NCBI RefSeq assembly: GCF_000150275.1
Contig: NW_002060951.1
Span: 2,180,297-2,244,296 of the forward strand
DNA length: 64,000 nt
Reading direction: 5' to 3'
From: Trichoplax adhaerens
Lineage: Eukaryota; Animalia; Placozoa
The notes under the pieces were generated by a model. That model searched no databases. It was not told where the DNA came from and was given only the letters and a program-made list of their open reading frames with translations. A program made the position numbers and the translations under genes. This document shows positions 1-12,718 of this stretch, in pieces. Position 1 is the first letter of the stretch; each line of letters opens with the position of its first letter.

Positions 1-3000
1 CATCACATTTCCAACTCGATTGCCATCGACAAATGCAATTCGACCCTGTTAGTAAAATAATAAGCAGTAAAGGTTAGCAGGATAACTGTGATCTTAATGG
101 CCATGTAAAATGTAAGGAATTACTACGGTCTTAAACTTAACGTAAAAAGTAATGGTAAAATTCAAATAAACCATGAATACGTAAAACTTTAGATAAAGTT
201 ATCTGAGAAAGATACTATCAATTAAATTAGATCGATTTCATTATAGATTTAATAGGTAATAGCCACCAAATTTTATTAGCATTTACTATAATTAATGTTT
301 TAGCGCCACCGGAGCGCAACTAGAGCAGTAACATAACTGCCATATTCATATACGCGTGCACTTACGCTTAAACCAATAAATGAAACGTTGTTCAAAGCAT
401 CAACAAGTATATGTGCCGTAATGTTATCATTATAATTGAATGAGGACAGATTTCTTGCATATTTTTCCCTTAATATCTCATCAGTACGATTTAGTCCAAG
501 TGCTAATGCCCAAATTGCATCGTAAGCGTAAGAATAGCTGCCACTTAATGGAGCACCATTTGAAAAATTGTTATAAGCTTCTATAAACCCATTAATCGTC
601 TGATGATTGACAAAAAATTACAGAAAGCAACTTATTAATTTAAATGCATTAACGATATAAGCTAATTGATTATCTATACTTTCTGCTTTCTATTAAACGG
701 TGAGTATCATAATAAAAGATTATCTATGCTAGAATCGAATCAGTACAACGAAAGATAGTCGTTGAATACTATAAGTTCCTTACATATCCTGACAGCGGCT
801 TTTCGTTATTAACTGGTAATAATTCGTTTTTGAATGCAACGTAGCCTTCAATAACTTCCTGTATCTGCTCCGATGTACAATTTATATCGAGCTTTTTTAG
901 ATCGTTAATAAACCAGTTTTCAAGATAAAATCCAGGCAGCATCCATACATAATGCGAGCCAAACAGTTTTTGATGATAAGCCTAAAAAGTGGAGTAAGAT
1001 AACTTTGATAACTTATACAAATATTGTAATATGAGCTAATAATTAGTATATGCGCAAGATAACACCGAGCAAGTAATATTTTTGAATACGTTGTTTAGGC
1101 GCTGAAAATTTTACGTCAATCGTCAGTGCTACATCTGAAAGACAAAAACTAAAGATAATCTAATTGTAAGAACTAACTGTTAAGGATGATCTGGTATATT
1201 AAAAAATAAATTTCATCGCTTGTTTCATGCAGCTCTGCAGTATAAACTTTACCATCTCTTTCTAAAGACGAATAGAAATGGTAAAGATGGGCTGAATCAT
1301 GGACTACTAGATGCAACTAGTAGTCCGTAGCTGAATACAATAACGTATCCTCTTTATGGCTCTTAGTAATACTGTGTTAACTATCCTATCTACGATATGT
1401 GGCTACTTTGGCATAATTTGTTGCTAGTGATATAGTATTTAATATTTCAGCCTTAAAATCTTATTCGTGTAGCGTAGTGAAAGTTATCAAGGATGCAGTT
1501 CAATTAGGTTTTGTTCTAGAAAACGGAATCATATCGGGTCCGCGATACAGCGCTACCTTCAAATAGGATCATTTCTTTTCAAACAATTTAGCGGGATGCA
1601 GCAAACACGAAGCAGTTATAACTAAAGAATTAATTAATAATTACTAATCTTACTAAATTTTAACATCATTACAAAGGACTTAAAGCTACTTCTTGCCTTC
1701 AGCTATAATAGCTACGGTATCAAGAATTCAGCTCTTACTGCTATCAAATGATCTTCTAAATGACTCTATATTCGATTTACTATCGCCTATGTACGGTGTT
1801 AAAATCAGCGGAGCAAGATTTACTGACTGCATCAATCAAATTCTACATACATACAGAATTTATTATACTCGTAGGTTACCATAGCTCTCTTATTTTATAT
1901 CAAACCGAAAAACTACTCAGATTGTAGTACGAACGTGGATTGACTACAACCAAGACATACTTCAAATGCAAATATGTAGTTTTTCTGTTACGAGAAACGG
2001 GAATGCATCTGCTTACTAAAAAATATTGATATTTATTTGATTTAACGAAACTACTAAGCTTTATCCGCTTAAAATGTGAAGTAACAGCATAAATCGGTAA
2101 TCGATACAGTACTAATAAATTTCCAATTAGCAAATAGCATACGAGCATATCTAAAATTAAGTGAATAATACGAATAAAAATCATATCTGATAACTCGGTT
2201 TAGACCAGATGCGAATGTACGATCATATTTCTATATTTATTGCGACAGATAAAATTACTTCCATTTAAATGATATCCTCATTACTATGCCAGTGTATTTT
2301 ATTAAAGAAATTAATGATTAACTAAGTTAATGTATCACATAGAGTATGTATTTGCAGACAAAAGATGCATGCGTTTCTTTTGGGTCTGAATAGCGGAAGA
2401 AGTTAAATGTTCAAAGGTCATATTTGTATGAATATATGCCAGCTATTCAGGCTTTGAATATAATACAGGACAGAATTTAAAGAAGCAGCTGCTGCAGAAA
2501 TTATCGTATACTATTTTGTTTTAAGATCGTTGATCTATTTGTTATGTGTCCACGGTTGTTTGTATGTATTATACAATAAATAATCAGAGGGATACTATTA
2601 CAATTCAGTTGGTCAACTAATAATTTAATAACTGTAATATACTAAAGATGCAGACTTCAAATGAATCGTTTTCTCGTCTTAGCTGATTATATGATAGTGA
2701 AATTGAATATTTACGATGTCACTGATCTTGACCATTTCAACAATGTCCGCAAAAGGCTATAGGGATTCCATATATTCAAATAAATAATTTTTTCAAATGA
2801 TATACTCACATTACATAGAACAGGTAGCGCTTTCGATGGATAAGCAAATAGGAATATTATCCTGACATCTTTATTCTAATAACCGAAATTGTAGAAAATT
2901 AGAGGTCATCGCTAGCATTAACGACATATATACTTTAATTCATGTTCTTTAATATTATACTAGACGGTAACTCTCAGAATAATAGCATAAAGGTAATATT

Positions 3001-6000
3001 ATTCTTTCAAAAAATGCATTAAATATAGATATAAAACAACGCTATTAATAACTGGAAATAAATATGCAATGAAATTGAAATACGAGATACGATGGGTCTT
3101 GAAATCAACTTAAAACTGAAAACTGAATACTTCAATAGCAGTGACATTCATTACATTTATTGCAGTGCTAAGAATAAATGATAATACCAGCACATTTATC
3201 ATTTCAAGTGATCTAATTGAATTTTAAGCTAAAATTTGGAGTTTTAATTTTTTTTAAACTGTTAAAAATGCTACATTACTTTGTTGTACTGTTTGAGAAA
3301 TCTAGTAATAACTATTATCGTCAAATTGGAATAGGTAAAAGTGCAACACTGCGATAGCCATACTTTCAACACTGAAATGAATAGATCTAGCTTTCTTAAG
3401 TCGTAATGATAAATTTGGAATCTTTTAATTATTATAAGAAAATTTCTCTCTACTTTTTAAGGTAATGTTGATAACTACATATAATTATAATTGATCTCTT
3501 TCTAAGTGCGAAATCAGTCAACTCTTGCCTTCGGATTAGATTATAAAGCTGTTAAAGATCAAGTATTACCGTAATAAAACGTACGACACCTAGCTATTGA
3601 TAGAATGATGGCGGATGTCTATAAGTATTACTTAGCCAACCACCAACAATAGCGGCCTGTGATAAACTATATCAAGGGGACGCTATACGGGATATGTTGT
3701 TATACTAATTTAAATTTGAACTTTTCTATATCTTTCCTATTCAAACTCAGTATAATACCCCAAAGTGCAGCATAAGTACGATAGAATACCTTATATTTGA
3801 AACAGTATACGAAGAACGCTTTAAGCATGGCATTAAAACTAACTAACGTACTTAGATGATACATGTAGTTCGTAATTTTAACAACGATATGCTTTACTAA
3901 ACAAGAAATAACTACTACAAGATTTTTAGTTGTAAAAGTTAAATGTATCCGCAGTTTTACGACTTTTAATCGAAAGACTATCGGTTTCCTTTTTCATTAC
4001 CGAAAGCACGAGGAAGTATAGTAATTATAGCAAATTTTACCATACTGATTAATTATTGACTAAAATACATTAAAAGTAAGTCATTTCAGTAAATGCTTCA
4101 TGACATTTTAGTTTTGTATGATGTCGTTACTTGGAGATAAAATTAAAACTTGGTTGGGATTGCTTAATAGATTTAAATTTTAAACTTAAATCAGCTTTGT
4201 GTATAATACAAGCCGCTCTAAAACAAAAATGATATAAAAACGATCGTTAAATTCTATACAAAACTTAGCTGCTTTAGGAAATGATATAATCAGCCTTGTT
4301 TTTACTTTTTTAATTAAAGTACTTATTCAAATATCGCAAACTTAAGTGATAGAGACCTAGTATTTACATCTTGCTTAACCCTTATTACAACCTTCAAGTA
4401 AAAATAAGTTTGGATCATTCGTTTAACATAAATTTGATTATAATCTAGACGTGCGTATACCTTCAATCCACTGATCGTGTCGCTATTATCGGTAATACCT
4501 TCGGTTGTAACGGACACTATATTCTCAGCTTGCAGATGTTTCTGCAAGTCCTTAACAGCCTAGCAGATGAGAATATATTCATCACATTTATTAACTTATC
4601 AAGAATACGGAGTGCTAAGAAAATTTCATGACATTCTCAATATAGTAGATAAAATATAGATTTATAATAATAGTATAATCGAAAAAATAATTCATAAGCT
4701 AAAAAATTGATATAAAATGATTTGAAACACGCTGAAATTAAATATAATATTGTCACAATTTCACTTCTGCGACAAGGTAACGTACAGTAAAAGTCTGTAA
4801 GTAGCTACTGACTTAAACGCCCTTTTACTTAACGTTAAACACACACAGCAAAAGACTGTAAAGATGAAGCTTTTATTAGCAAAGATACATCTACAACTTT
4901 TTACCACCCTCTCAACTCAAATGTTCCCGTTTATATAGGAACCGTCTAATTTGTAAACAACAACAGCATTATTAATATACCTTACTAGGAGAATCACCTC
5001 GAACTAAGATGCCCCTTACGTAGCTTTTCTATCAGTAAATACTTTGAATCTCTTACGCATACTTAATCTTAATCTAAGCTTGTAGGTTGTCTAATTTAAC
5101 TATCATCAATTAGAACTTGAATCGTCCTACTGCTATCTATCACACAATAACAATCAATATCAAATATGTAATGAACTATTACAAACTACATCCACGTTAA
5201 GGCATTACTTATCTTACCTAGCACTACAAATATGGATATTCTCCATACTAGCTACTACTGTACTCATTAAACTATCCTAATAACAAGGCAACACCGTAAC
5301 AAATATGCAAGTTTTACAATACTGTATCTAACTGGCTGATTCTTGACTTACATGTAAAAATGCATCTGTAATATCAAATATAATGCCAACTCTTTTCCAG
5401 TTATAACGTTTGACAAAAGCGACACGAGCTGGATTATAACAGATATCGGATATAGATGTTCGAAAAAAATAAGGATAAATTTTTCGATCTACTAACTGCA
5501 TAGATGTGGCTGTGTGAGAAATCTATCAGTTAAAGTAAATAATATTATTAATATAAGCATTATAAAATATAAAGTTGGTTTTAATATCAACTACCAAGCA
5601 AAATTTTCTAACATAACTTCAATAATTCGTTATCGAAAAATAAATACCTCAATAAGATTCCAATATCGAGATATAGCTGCTACAGTGCCAGTTACAGATG
5701 ACAACACAGGTCCGAAAATTGCGATTTTTGTCGGTGACGAGGAAACCATATGAAAAAATTGCTTACTAGCATAAGCTGCTTCGTGCTATAATAATAATAC
5801 CTCAGTTTAGAATACAGAACTAGGAACGATAAATTTTAAGGAAATAGTTTGTGTTCTTTAACAATTTTATTCGATAATTTCTATGATAAATCTTATAAAT
5901 GCTCATCGCTTATATGAATCGGAGCCCTGAATGAATATTCGTTTGTTTGAGAACAGCTCATGCTACCAAATAATAAACATGTGGCTATATAATTTCGTGC

Positions 6001-8917
6001 ATAACCGCTTAGTTAAGTTTATTAAAGAATAATTCGGGTATTATCGATATGGATATATGTGCAATATTGTCTACCCTGATAAGCTATCCGATTTATTATC
6101 GTTACGCAAAATTTTAATTCGATAAATTGCACTAATAAAGACCTCATATCTAATATATGAATATAAACAACTTTAAATTAATTACTTTTAATACCAGTGT
6201 ATTATCAGAGAATGGAAATGCATTAGATCAGATGATTTTATTTAATAATATTTTCTATACATGCATTTGTTAGCCGATAGAAAATTAATTCAGGCTAAGC
6301 CATTTATATGCCTATTATCATCTGCATTAGTGCAGCATTCATAATTAATTACAATTAATGAATGCAGCACATGTTAAATCTTAGTAATCGATTCAAATTC
6401 GATATTCGATCAAAACACGTTCTAAGCAAATTCAAAGGTTGGCAATTGATAATGATGTCGCAGGTATTATATACCTTACAAATTTACAATACCCACTTAT
6501 GACCTATTAGTAATCATCTTATTAACCAAATATATAGTTGAAAAGTCCTTGTATAAGGTAGAAAAATATTAGTAAGTGTCATAGTGCTACGTTCAGTTTA
6601 ATAGATACCGGTACAAGATTTAAGCCATTATCATTCAATAAATAAATACGATGTTGAGATGGAGAAGTTCATTTTATCTACCCAGATATTGTATTACACG
6701 ACTGGAAGAACTGATGTTGAAATATATTATTTCTTATTCAAATATTATAAAGCTAAGAATCAAGAAAAGGCGATGAAGCCAAGGTGATAGAAAGCTGAAA
6801 CCATAAGGTTAAAGGTAGCATGAACTCTTATTGGAGTCAACCGATTCAGCACGTGCTCTGACCTTTGTATTCGACTATCTAAATGCCACTAAGTTATTTT
6901 GCTGCTCAAACCCTACAACTTTTGTCTGAGTTCTTAAAATGTTAAACAAAGAGATGACATTTATGCTTTTTATCGTTTTCGCTGTCTATAATTGCAAAAA
7001 TAATTGACAGTATGACAGAATATTTTAAATTCTTAAATTATTTGTCTGCATAATAATTGATATTTCAATAAAGCAAGCGCAGATCTTCTAAAATTTTGTT
7101 TTAATAACAAATATCTCAAAAAGCTACTTATTGATCTTAATAATAAATAACCAGATCTGCGATCCTGTTCTTTGGATAAACGCTCTGATGACCCGTTGGA
7201 TATTTTATTATAAATGTCATGACATTCAACGTAAGGAAGTGGCTATTGTTTGGCGCATATTAACTTCTATTCAGAGAAGAAATCTCAATTTCGCTGGGTT
7301 TATAGGAGACCTTGAGTTAATTTAATCTACAAGTTTATATACTACGGTATAAAAAAATTTGAAATAGTGAATTAGCTCATTTCAATCTGATTAAATATAT
7401 AGTGTAATGCCGCTTATTGAAGATCGCATGCGGCATCCTTTTCGTTTATGAAATATCATTATATAAACAATATTTAAGCAATGAACAGTAGTACTGGTGG
7501 CTATTTCAACCAGCTTAAGAATAATTTTTTTTAAAACTATTATCGGCGGCTTGTGAACGAAATATGAAGTACTATTATTTCATAATAATGAAAATTTAAT
7601 TTTACGACTTATTCGAGGCTCCAGGTACTTTTTAAGTTTGAGCCAAAATCAAGACTAAATCGTGGAATTTTCATGCTACAGTAAAATTTGCTTCATAACT
7701 TTGTTACTTGAAAAAATAACGCTGACACACTTTTCCAAGTATTCATAACAGTTCTGTTAGCTTAACTCTCAAATAGTTTAGTCTCAATTACTACATACCG
7801 ACATCAATATATTTGTCTTTGTTTAAATCTACGTAATTTGTATCAAATTAGAAATTCACGATCTCTTGTTATGGAGACTCGATCAAAAATACTCCTGAGA
7901 TGTGATAAATCGAATAAAATAATGCACTACGGCTGGAATGATTCATTCAAGAACTTAAATGAAAAATGTTGAAAATGATATCATATAATTATATGCAGGA
8001 AGTTCCTAATCGATAGCCTGTATGTTTCAGGAGCACTAAATTAATATCTAAGGGGATCTAAATAGAAGTCAATTAGCTCGATATAGCGCTTTCAGTAAAA
8101 CAAGAAATTGATCAAATGTAATCCCTACTAAATCACTTGATAATTTCATTTCGTTTAATCTAATGATCTGTGTCTAATTTTCTTAATCATTTGGTGATAT
8201 ACGAATCAAGGAAGTATTTTACTGATGTTTTACCTTTATCTTCGAAATATATCGCTTATTACAAATATTTAATAGAAAACTTAATGATAATGTAAGACTG
8301 AAAATTAGGATAAGTATAGAAAGGTCATCAGTGAAAGCGGTCATAGAAATATAATCTAAACTGGTCATGGCAGAAATAACTTTACTGTTACCAATGCCCA
8401 TTTTATGTTAATGCAATTAATATCAAGTATGCATATGTCAGTCTATCGTTAAGTACCGTACTTAGATGACTAAAGATGAAAGAATGTGATTGCAAATACT
8501 ATACAGAAATTTATAAAAAATTTTATAAATCAATAAAACCATGTAAATTAGGGTAATTTTATTTCGAATAGCAACCCTGCCTTAGCTGTACCTTATAGAA
8601 ACTATAACCAAATAGTTAACGAAATCAAAAATATTCAACATCAAATGCAATTCTATTTATTAAATGATAAATAGAAAGTTTTAACTCACTCTAGTATCTA
8701 AAAAACTTGACTCCATTTCGTAAGGGCTCAAGATGTCGTCTCTTTCATTAATATCCCTCAGAGCCATATTGGCAAATTCAATGAAGCTTACGCCAGCTAT
8801 TGACGAAAATCCGTTACTTAACGGCTGCAGCATGCCAAGATGTAAACGATCTTTACCATGTACCATAATTAAGAAGCAAGGTATCAAGGTTATCAGTAAT
8901 AAGTTGCGAATAATCAT
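1..8917 (-). CDS. GABA-B receptor-like class C GPCR, N-terminal signal peptide plus Venus flytrap domain (3' part outside window)
   Basis: Coding exons, all GT-AG and all phase 0: 8917-8690, 5785-5648, 5522-5352, 4559-4461, 2875-2810, 981-784, 599-366, 45-1 (partial), about 393 aa. Motifs typical of GABA-B ectodomains: MALRDINERDDILSPY, GPVLSSVT..ISRYWNLIE, YPYFFRT, YNWKRVGII, DVRII, LFGSHYVWML, YAYDAIWALALGLN, VSFIGLSGRIAF. A splice acceptor (ctctcag) lies 2 nt before the ATG, so a 5'UTR exon lies further right. Confidence 0.9.
1247..1326. repeat. Two adjacent inverted repeats/hairpins in a GABA-B-like intron
   Basis: CTTTACCAT (1247-1255) pairs with ATGGTAAAG (1278-1286); GGACTACTAG-atgcaa-CTAGTAGTCC (1301-1326) has perfect 10-bp arms. 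Confidence 0.7.
4751..5301 (-). mobile_element. Solo LTR (family A) in GABA-B-like coding intron 3
   Basis: Ends TGTCAC...GTAACA; perfect 5-bp TSD AATAT (4746-4750 and 5302-5306); minus-strand TATA (about 4930-4938) followed by AATAAA (4872-4877); a second copy occurs at 14847-15137. Confidence 0.88.
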
Positions 8918-11900
8918 TTCTGAGAGTAAGGATGTTATTAGTAAGCACAGTCAGTTTAAACTAAGATTACAACTGTAATATGGCAAATCAAAACCTATTT
9001 TTTAAAGATATTTCCTAAACACTATTTTGAACTATATTTTCCGCTTATTAGCAAGGATTTAAATTGATGTTGCACTGCAGTATTCTTTATCCCTGTTAAT
9101 AACTTAGATCTGTTTAATCTATACACTAAACTGGTGTAACATAAAAATGTGACGGAAGAGCTATTAATTAATTCACAGCACCAAAAAATATTGTCAAATA
9201 GCTCAATTCCAATAAAATCAACATTGAAAAAACTATTGTTCAGGGTTCTTTTATTTCTGAAGATGAAGATCTTGTGATATTTCTTACTTAATATAACAGT
9301 AAACTTTTTCGTAATCATTATTTATAGCGCCTTTTATCAGCGTGAATACACTGTTAACAATAACCGGTTAACTATACTGCATTTGCTCATTTAGATTCAA
9401 AAAGTAACGAATTTAATTTAATTTATTTTTTGCCGTAATTTCCGCTCATAGTCATAACACTTTTCACTATTGTATAAATAATGAGAACGCCTCATTCTGC
9501 AGCATTATTCAAAGTATAACCAATCAGCTACTTGATATGAAAATGTTTAATTAATTTTGTTACTCAAAATAAAATAATATTACTGTACGATCAATACCAT
9601 TTGGTAATCGTTTAATCCGGAATACAAAATCTATCAACCATGCTATCTAATGTAAGATAGCTTACTAAAGGAAGTAATAAGGTCTTGCACAAACGCTATC
9701 AATAATAGCAACTTTCCAGCGAAATAGTATCTCCTTCTATAAAAACTAAAGACGCATTAAGTCTAAAGAAACTGTTATCTGTGATCAAGGAAAATTAACG
9801 CTGGTAAGTAAATATTAGTTAACAAATTTACCGAGTATATTTTTAATCTTTACGCAAAGATGCAACTCTTAAAAAATATTGCAATTCTTTATTTTTAATT
9901 TATTAATTCCTTAAAATAGCTTTTATTTTTAGGAAAATTATTATTTACATCGCATAAAAGTATACTGATGAAGTACTGATCAATATCGGTATTCTCTGAA
10001 ATTTAAAAAACAATAGCCCATTGGAGGTCCACAGAAGTGAACGATCACTAATTCACTCTTTATGATCTTAGGTACAAACGTTTCTATCAGGTGACATCAA
10101 GTAATGACATCAGCGATATTGCTATCTTATTTATTAATAAAGAATGAAAGTCGTCGTTCTTATTCTGCTATTATTACCCCGAATCTGACGTTTATATTAA
10201 ACCATAAATGAAAAAGGCATGAACATATCTCACATGCATTTATTCATGTGATAAGATATGAAGACAAATTTTCCTGAATAAGTAAGAAAATTCCTAACTT
10301 TACTCTTAAAGGCGTTAAGATATCTGTTTGCTATAATTTTATCTATATTTTACCATAAGCACCTATAATGATCATTTTTATACCCTTGTGAAATTATCCA
10401 GACAAAAATAAAACTTTATAGTTAAATAATAGCTTTAAGTTAATATTTTAAAGAATTACGTAAAAACGATAAAATAGAAGTATCGCAGTGTTGATTTACT
10501 TTTATTCCTTTGCAAACAAAGAAATAAACAGTACTGTGTAATATGTAAATGGCATGTAATTAAATAGCTATTAATAACGCCATGGCTACTTTAAATTATT
10601 AATTACTTTACCACATTGATTAGTTATGAAGAAATCAATTTATTATTGATAATTTATTATTTATTGTAGCGTATATTGGAAAAATACAGGTAGACTTACA
10701 GTCTGATATGCTACCTTTAGCGCCTTATCTTGCCATATTTTAATACATCAAATTCTTTGCCATAAATTCCGTAAGATTGATCTCATTCTTAGAATTAGAT
10801 TTTCTATCCTAAACATCTAAATGTATACGCACATGCTGGGTACTCAATTCCAAAAGCTATATTTGTAAATCCAAAAATAGAGTTAGTATGCCCTACTAAT
10901 AAATTTTTGTTATAAACTATCTTCATTCAATTTTGGAAAATCCTGTATTTATCCTTCTTAATTTCTCCGTAAGCCATACTGTAGTAGTTTCAGCTAATTA
11001 CAGTAGTAATTGAAGCACGGTAGCATTAAGATGTAGAATAGTCTACTATGCTTATAGAGGGTTGTAAAACCCAAGCACTACACGTGCTCTTGATCTATTT
11101 GTGTACAAGCATCGTAAGTTTCTTATTGTATTTGATAGTTTATTTAAAAAAGTGATTCTATACTTCTTTATGAATTTAGTCTGCTTGTCAGATCAATCGA
11201 CGCATTCATCGATCGGCTGATGCGTTTATTCACAACAGAAGAATCATGGAGTATTGGTAAATACGTAGATCAAATTTCGCAATACTGTAACTAATTCTAG
11301 CCAATTATTATTTCCTTATACCATTTTGTTTACGTGATCTACACAGTTTTTTAAGCTGAGATGCAAGAAAAAAGAGCTGAGAAAATATATAATGCATCCA
11401 TCCTTGTTTACATTTATCTAATTAACTAGATTAAAAGCATGTAAACCTAATAATTTTTACTTCTCATTAATAGCGTAGTAGTCCTCCAGAGTTCAATTCC
11501 AAAATTATTACAGGTTTTATCTTGTTATATATAATTAAAGATGGTTCGCTTATGGAAAAATCATGATCATTAGTAACATTACATCTATGATGCCTTTGAA
11601 AGATATTTACTGATACTAACAGAAAAGAATTGCAAACAGATAAAAAACAGAATACAAAGAATCAGATGCAGAGTCTAATTTTGTTTTGTTGTGTATATGA
11701 AGCTAAAATGCGAGTTCAACTATTTTGCAATAATAATGTGATGCTGATTTTCCAATTCATATTTGCCTGAAAGAAACATGATGTAAGAGATATATAATTT
11801 ATAAGATAAAGTATTTATGGCTATCTAAATGATTATATGTGCAGTCTATATGTCTGCTTCATTATGCTAATATTTAAATAAGGCATTTTCTACCAGAAAA

Positions 11901-12099
11901 ACAATATGTATCGATTTACTTTAAATTAAATTCTATGCTATCGTCTGACTAACTTAGCTTTTTTGTTGACACAAAATAGATAAAGCTTTAGAAAGATTCT
12001 ATTCCCTATCGACTACTAACATTAACGATCAGAATTAAGCGAAATGTAATTTTAGCTCATATTTAATTTAAGATAATCGCAGCCCACTGAATATATTCG

Positions 12100-12718
12100 T
12101 GTCACAACCACGTTTTTGTGACACAGGATCTCTACTTATCGTGTAAAACTTAGCTAAGTACGGCACAATCCCGACACTGAACAAGTGCTACTGGAACTAC
12201 GCTTCCTATTAGAACACTAACTTCTCGGGTGTGGGACTACACTTCTTTGACCGTCACTAGGTTACTCGATTACACAAGTAGTTAAGCGTAGGCTTTTGAA
12301 CAGATAACTATCACTACAGTTTATTCTCTTCTATGCCTTTCTCCTCGTCCACATTACATCATAGTTAGCCTTTATATACTTTCTAAGATATTTACTATTT
12401 ACATTAATCTCACGTAGGAGATCTCACAACCATAACCTCCTATCCAGTAATAATCTTACAACACGACTACAAATCGTGTCAGCATAAACAACTCTCTAAC
12501 ACAAAGGTTGTACATCATCAAGATTTATATTTCCCTAGTCTATCTCCTATTCGAATACATACAAAATAACTAAGGACAGTTGATCATCAAAACACCTTAC
12601 TAACAAACATCATAACACATCAATTTCCATCAATAACAAACACCATAACAATTCAATTTCTATCAATAACAAACACCATAACACTTCTAACTCATCACGG
12701 CAAAAAGGTACCGTGACA
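12100..12718 (-). mobile_element. Solo LTR (family B)
   Basis: Ends TGTCAC...GTGACA; perfect TSD ATTCG (12095-12099 and 12719-12723); minus-strand TATATAAA (12371-12378) then AATAAA (12320-12325). Confidence 0.88.
12601..12687. repeat. 33-bp tandem repeat, about 2.6 copies, in U3 of solo LTR B
   Basis: Unit TAACAAACAYCATAACA..TCAATTTCYATCAA starts at 12601, 12634 and 12667. Confidence 0.85.

Noticed and set aside
9965-10001. Hammerhead ribozyme (CTGATGA, stem, GAAA)
   Set aside because: Four extra nucleotides lie between stem II and GAAA, and I found no convincing stems I and III.
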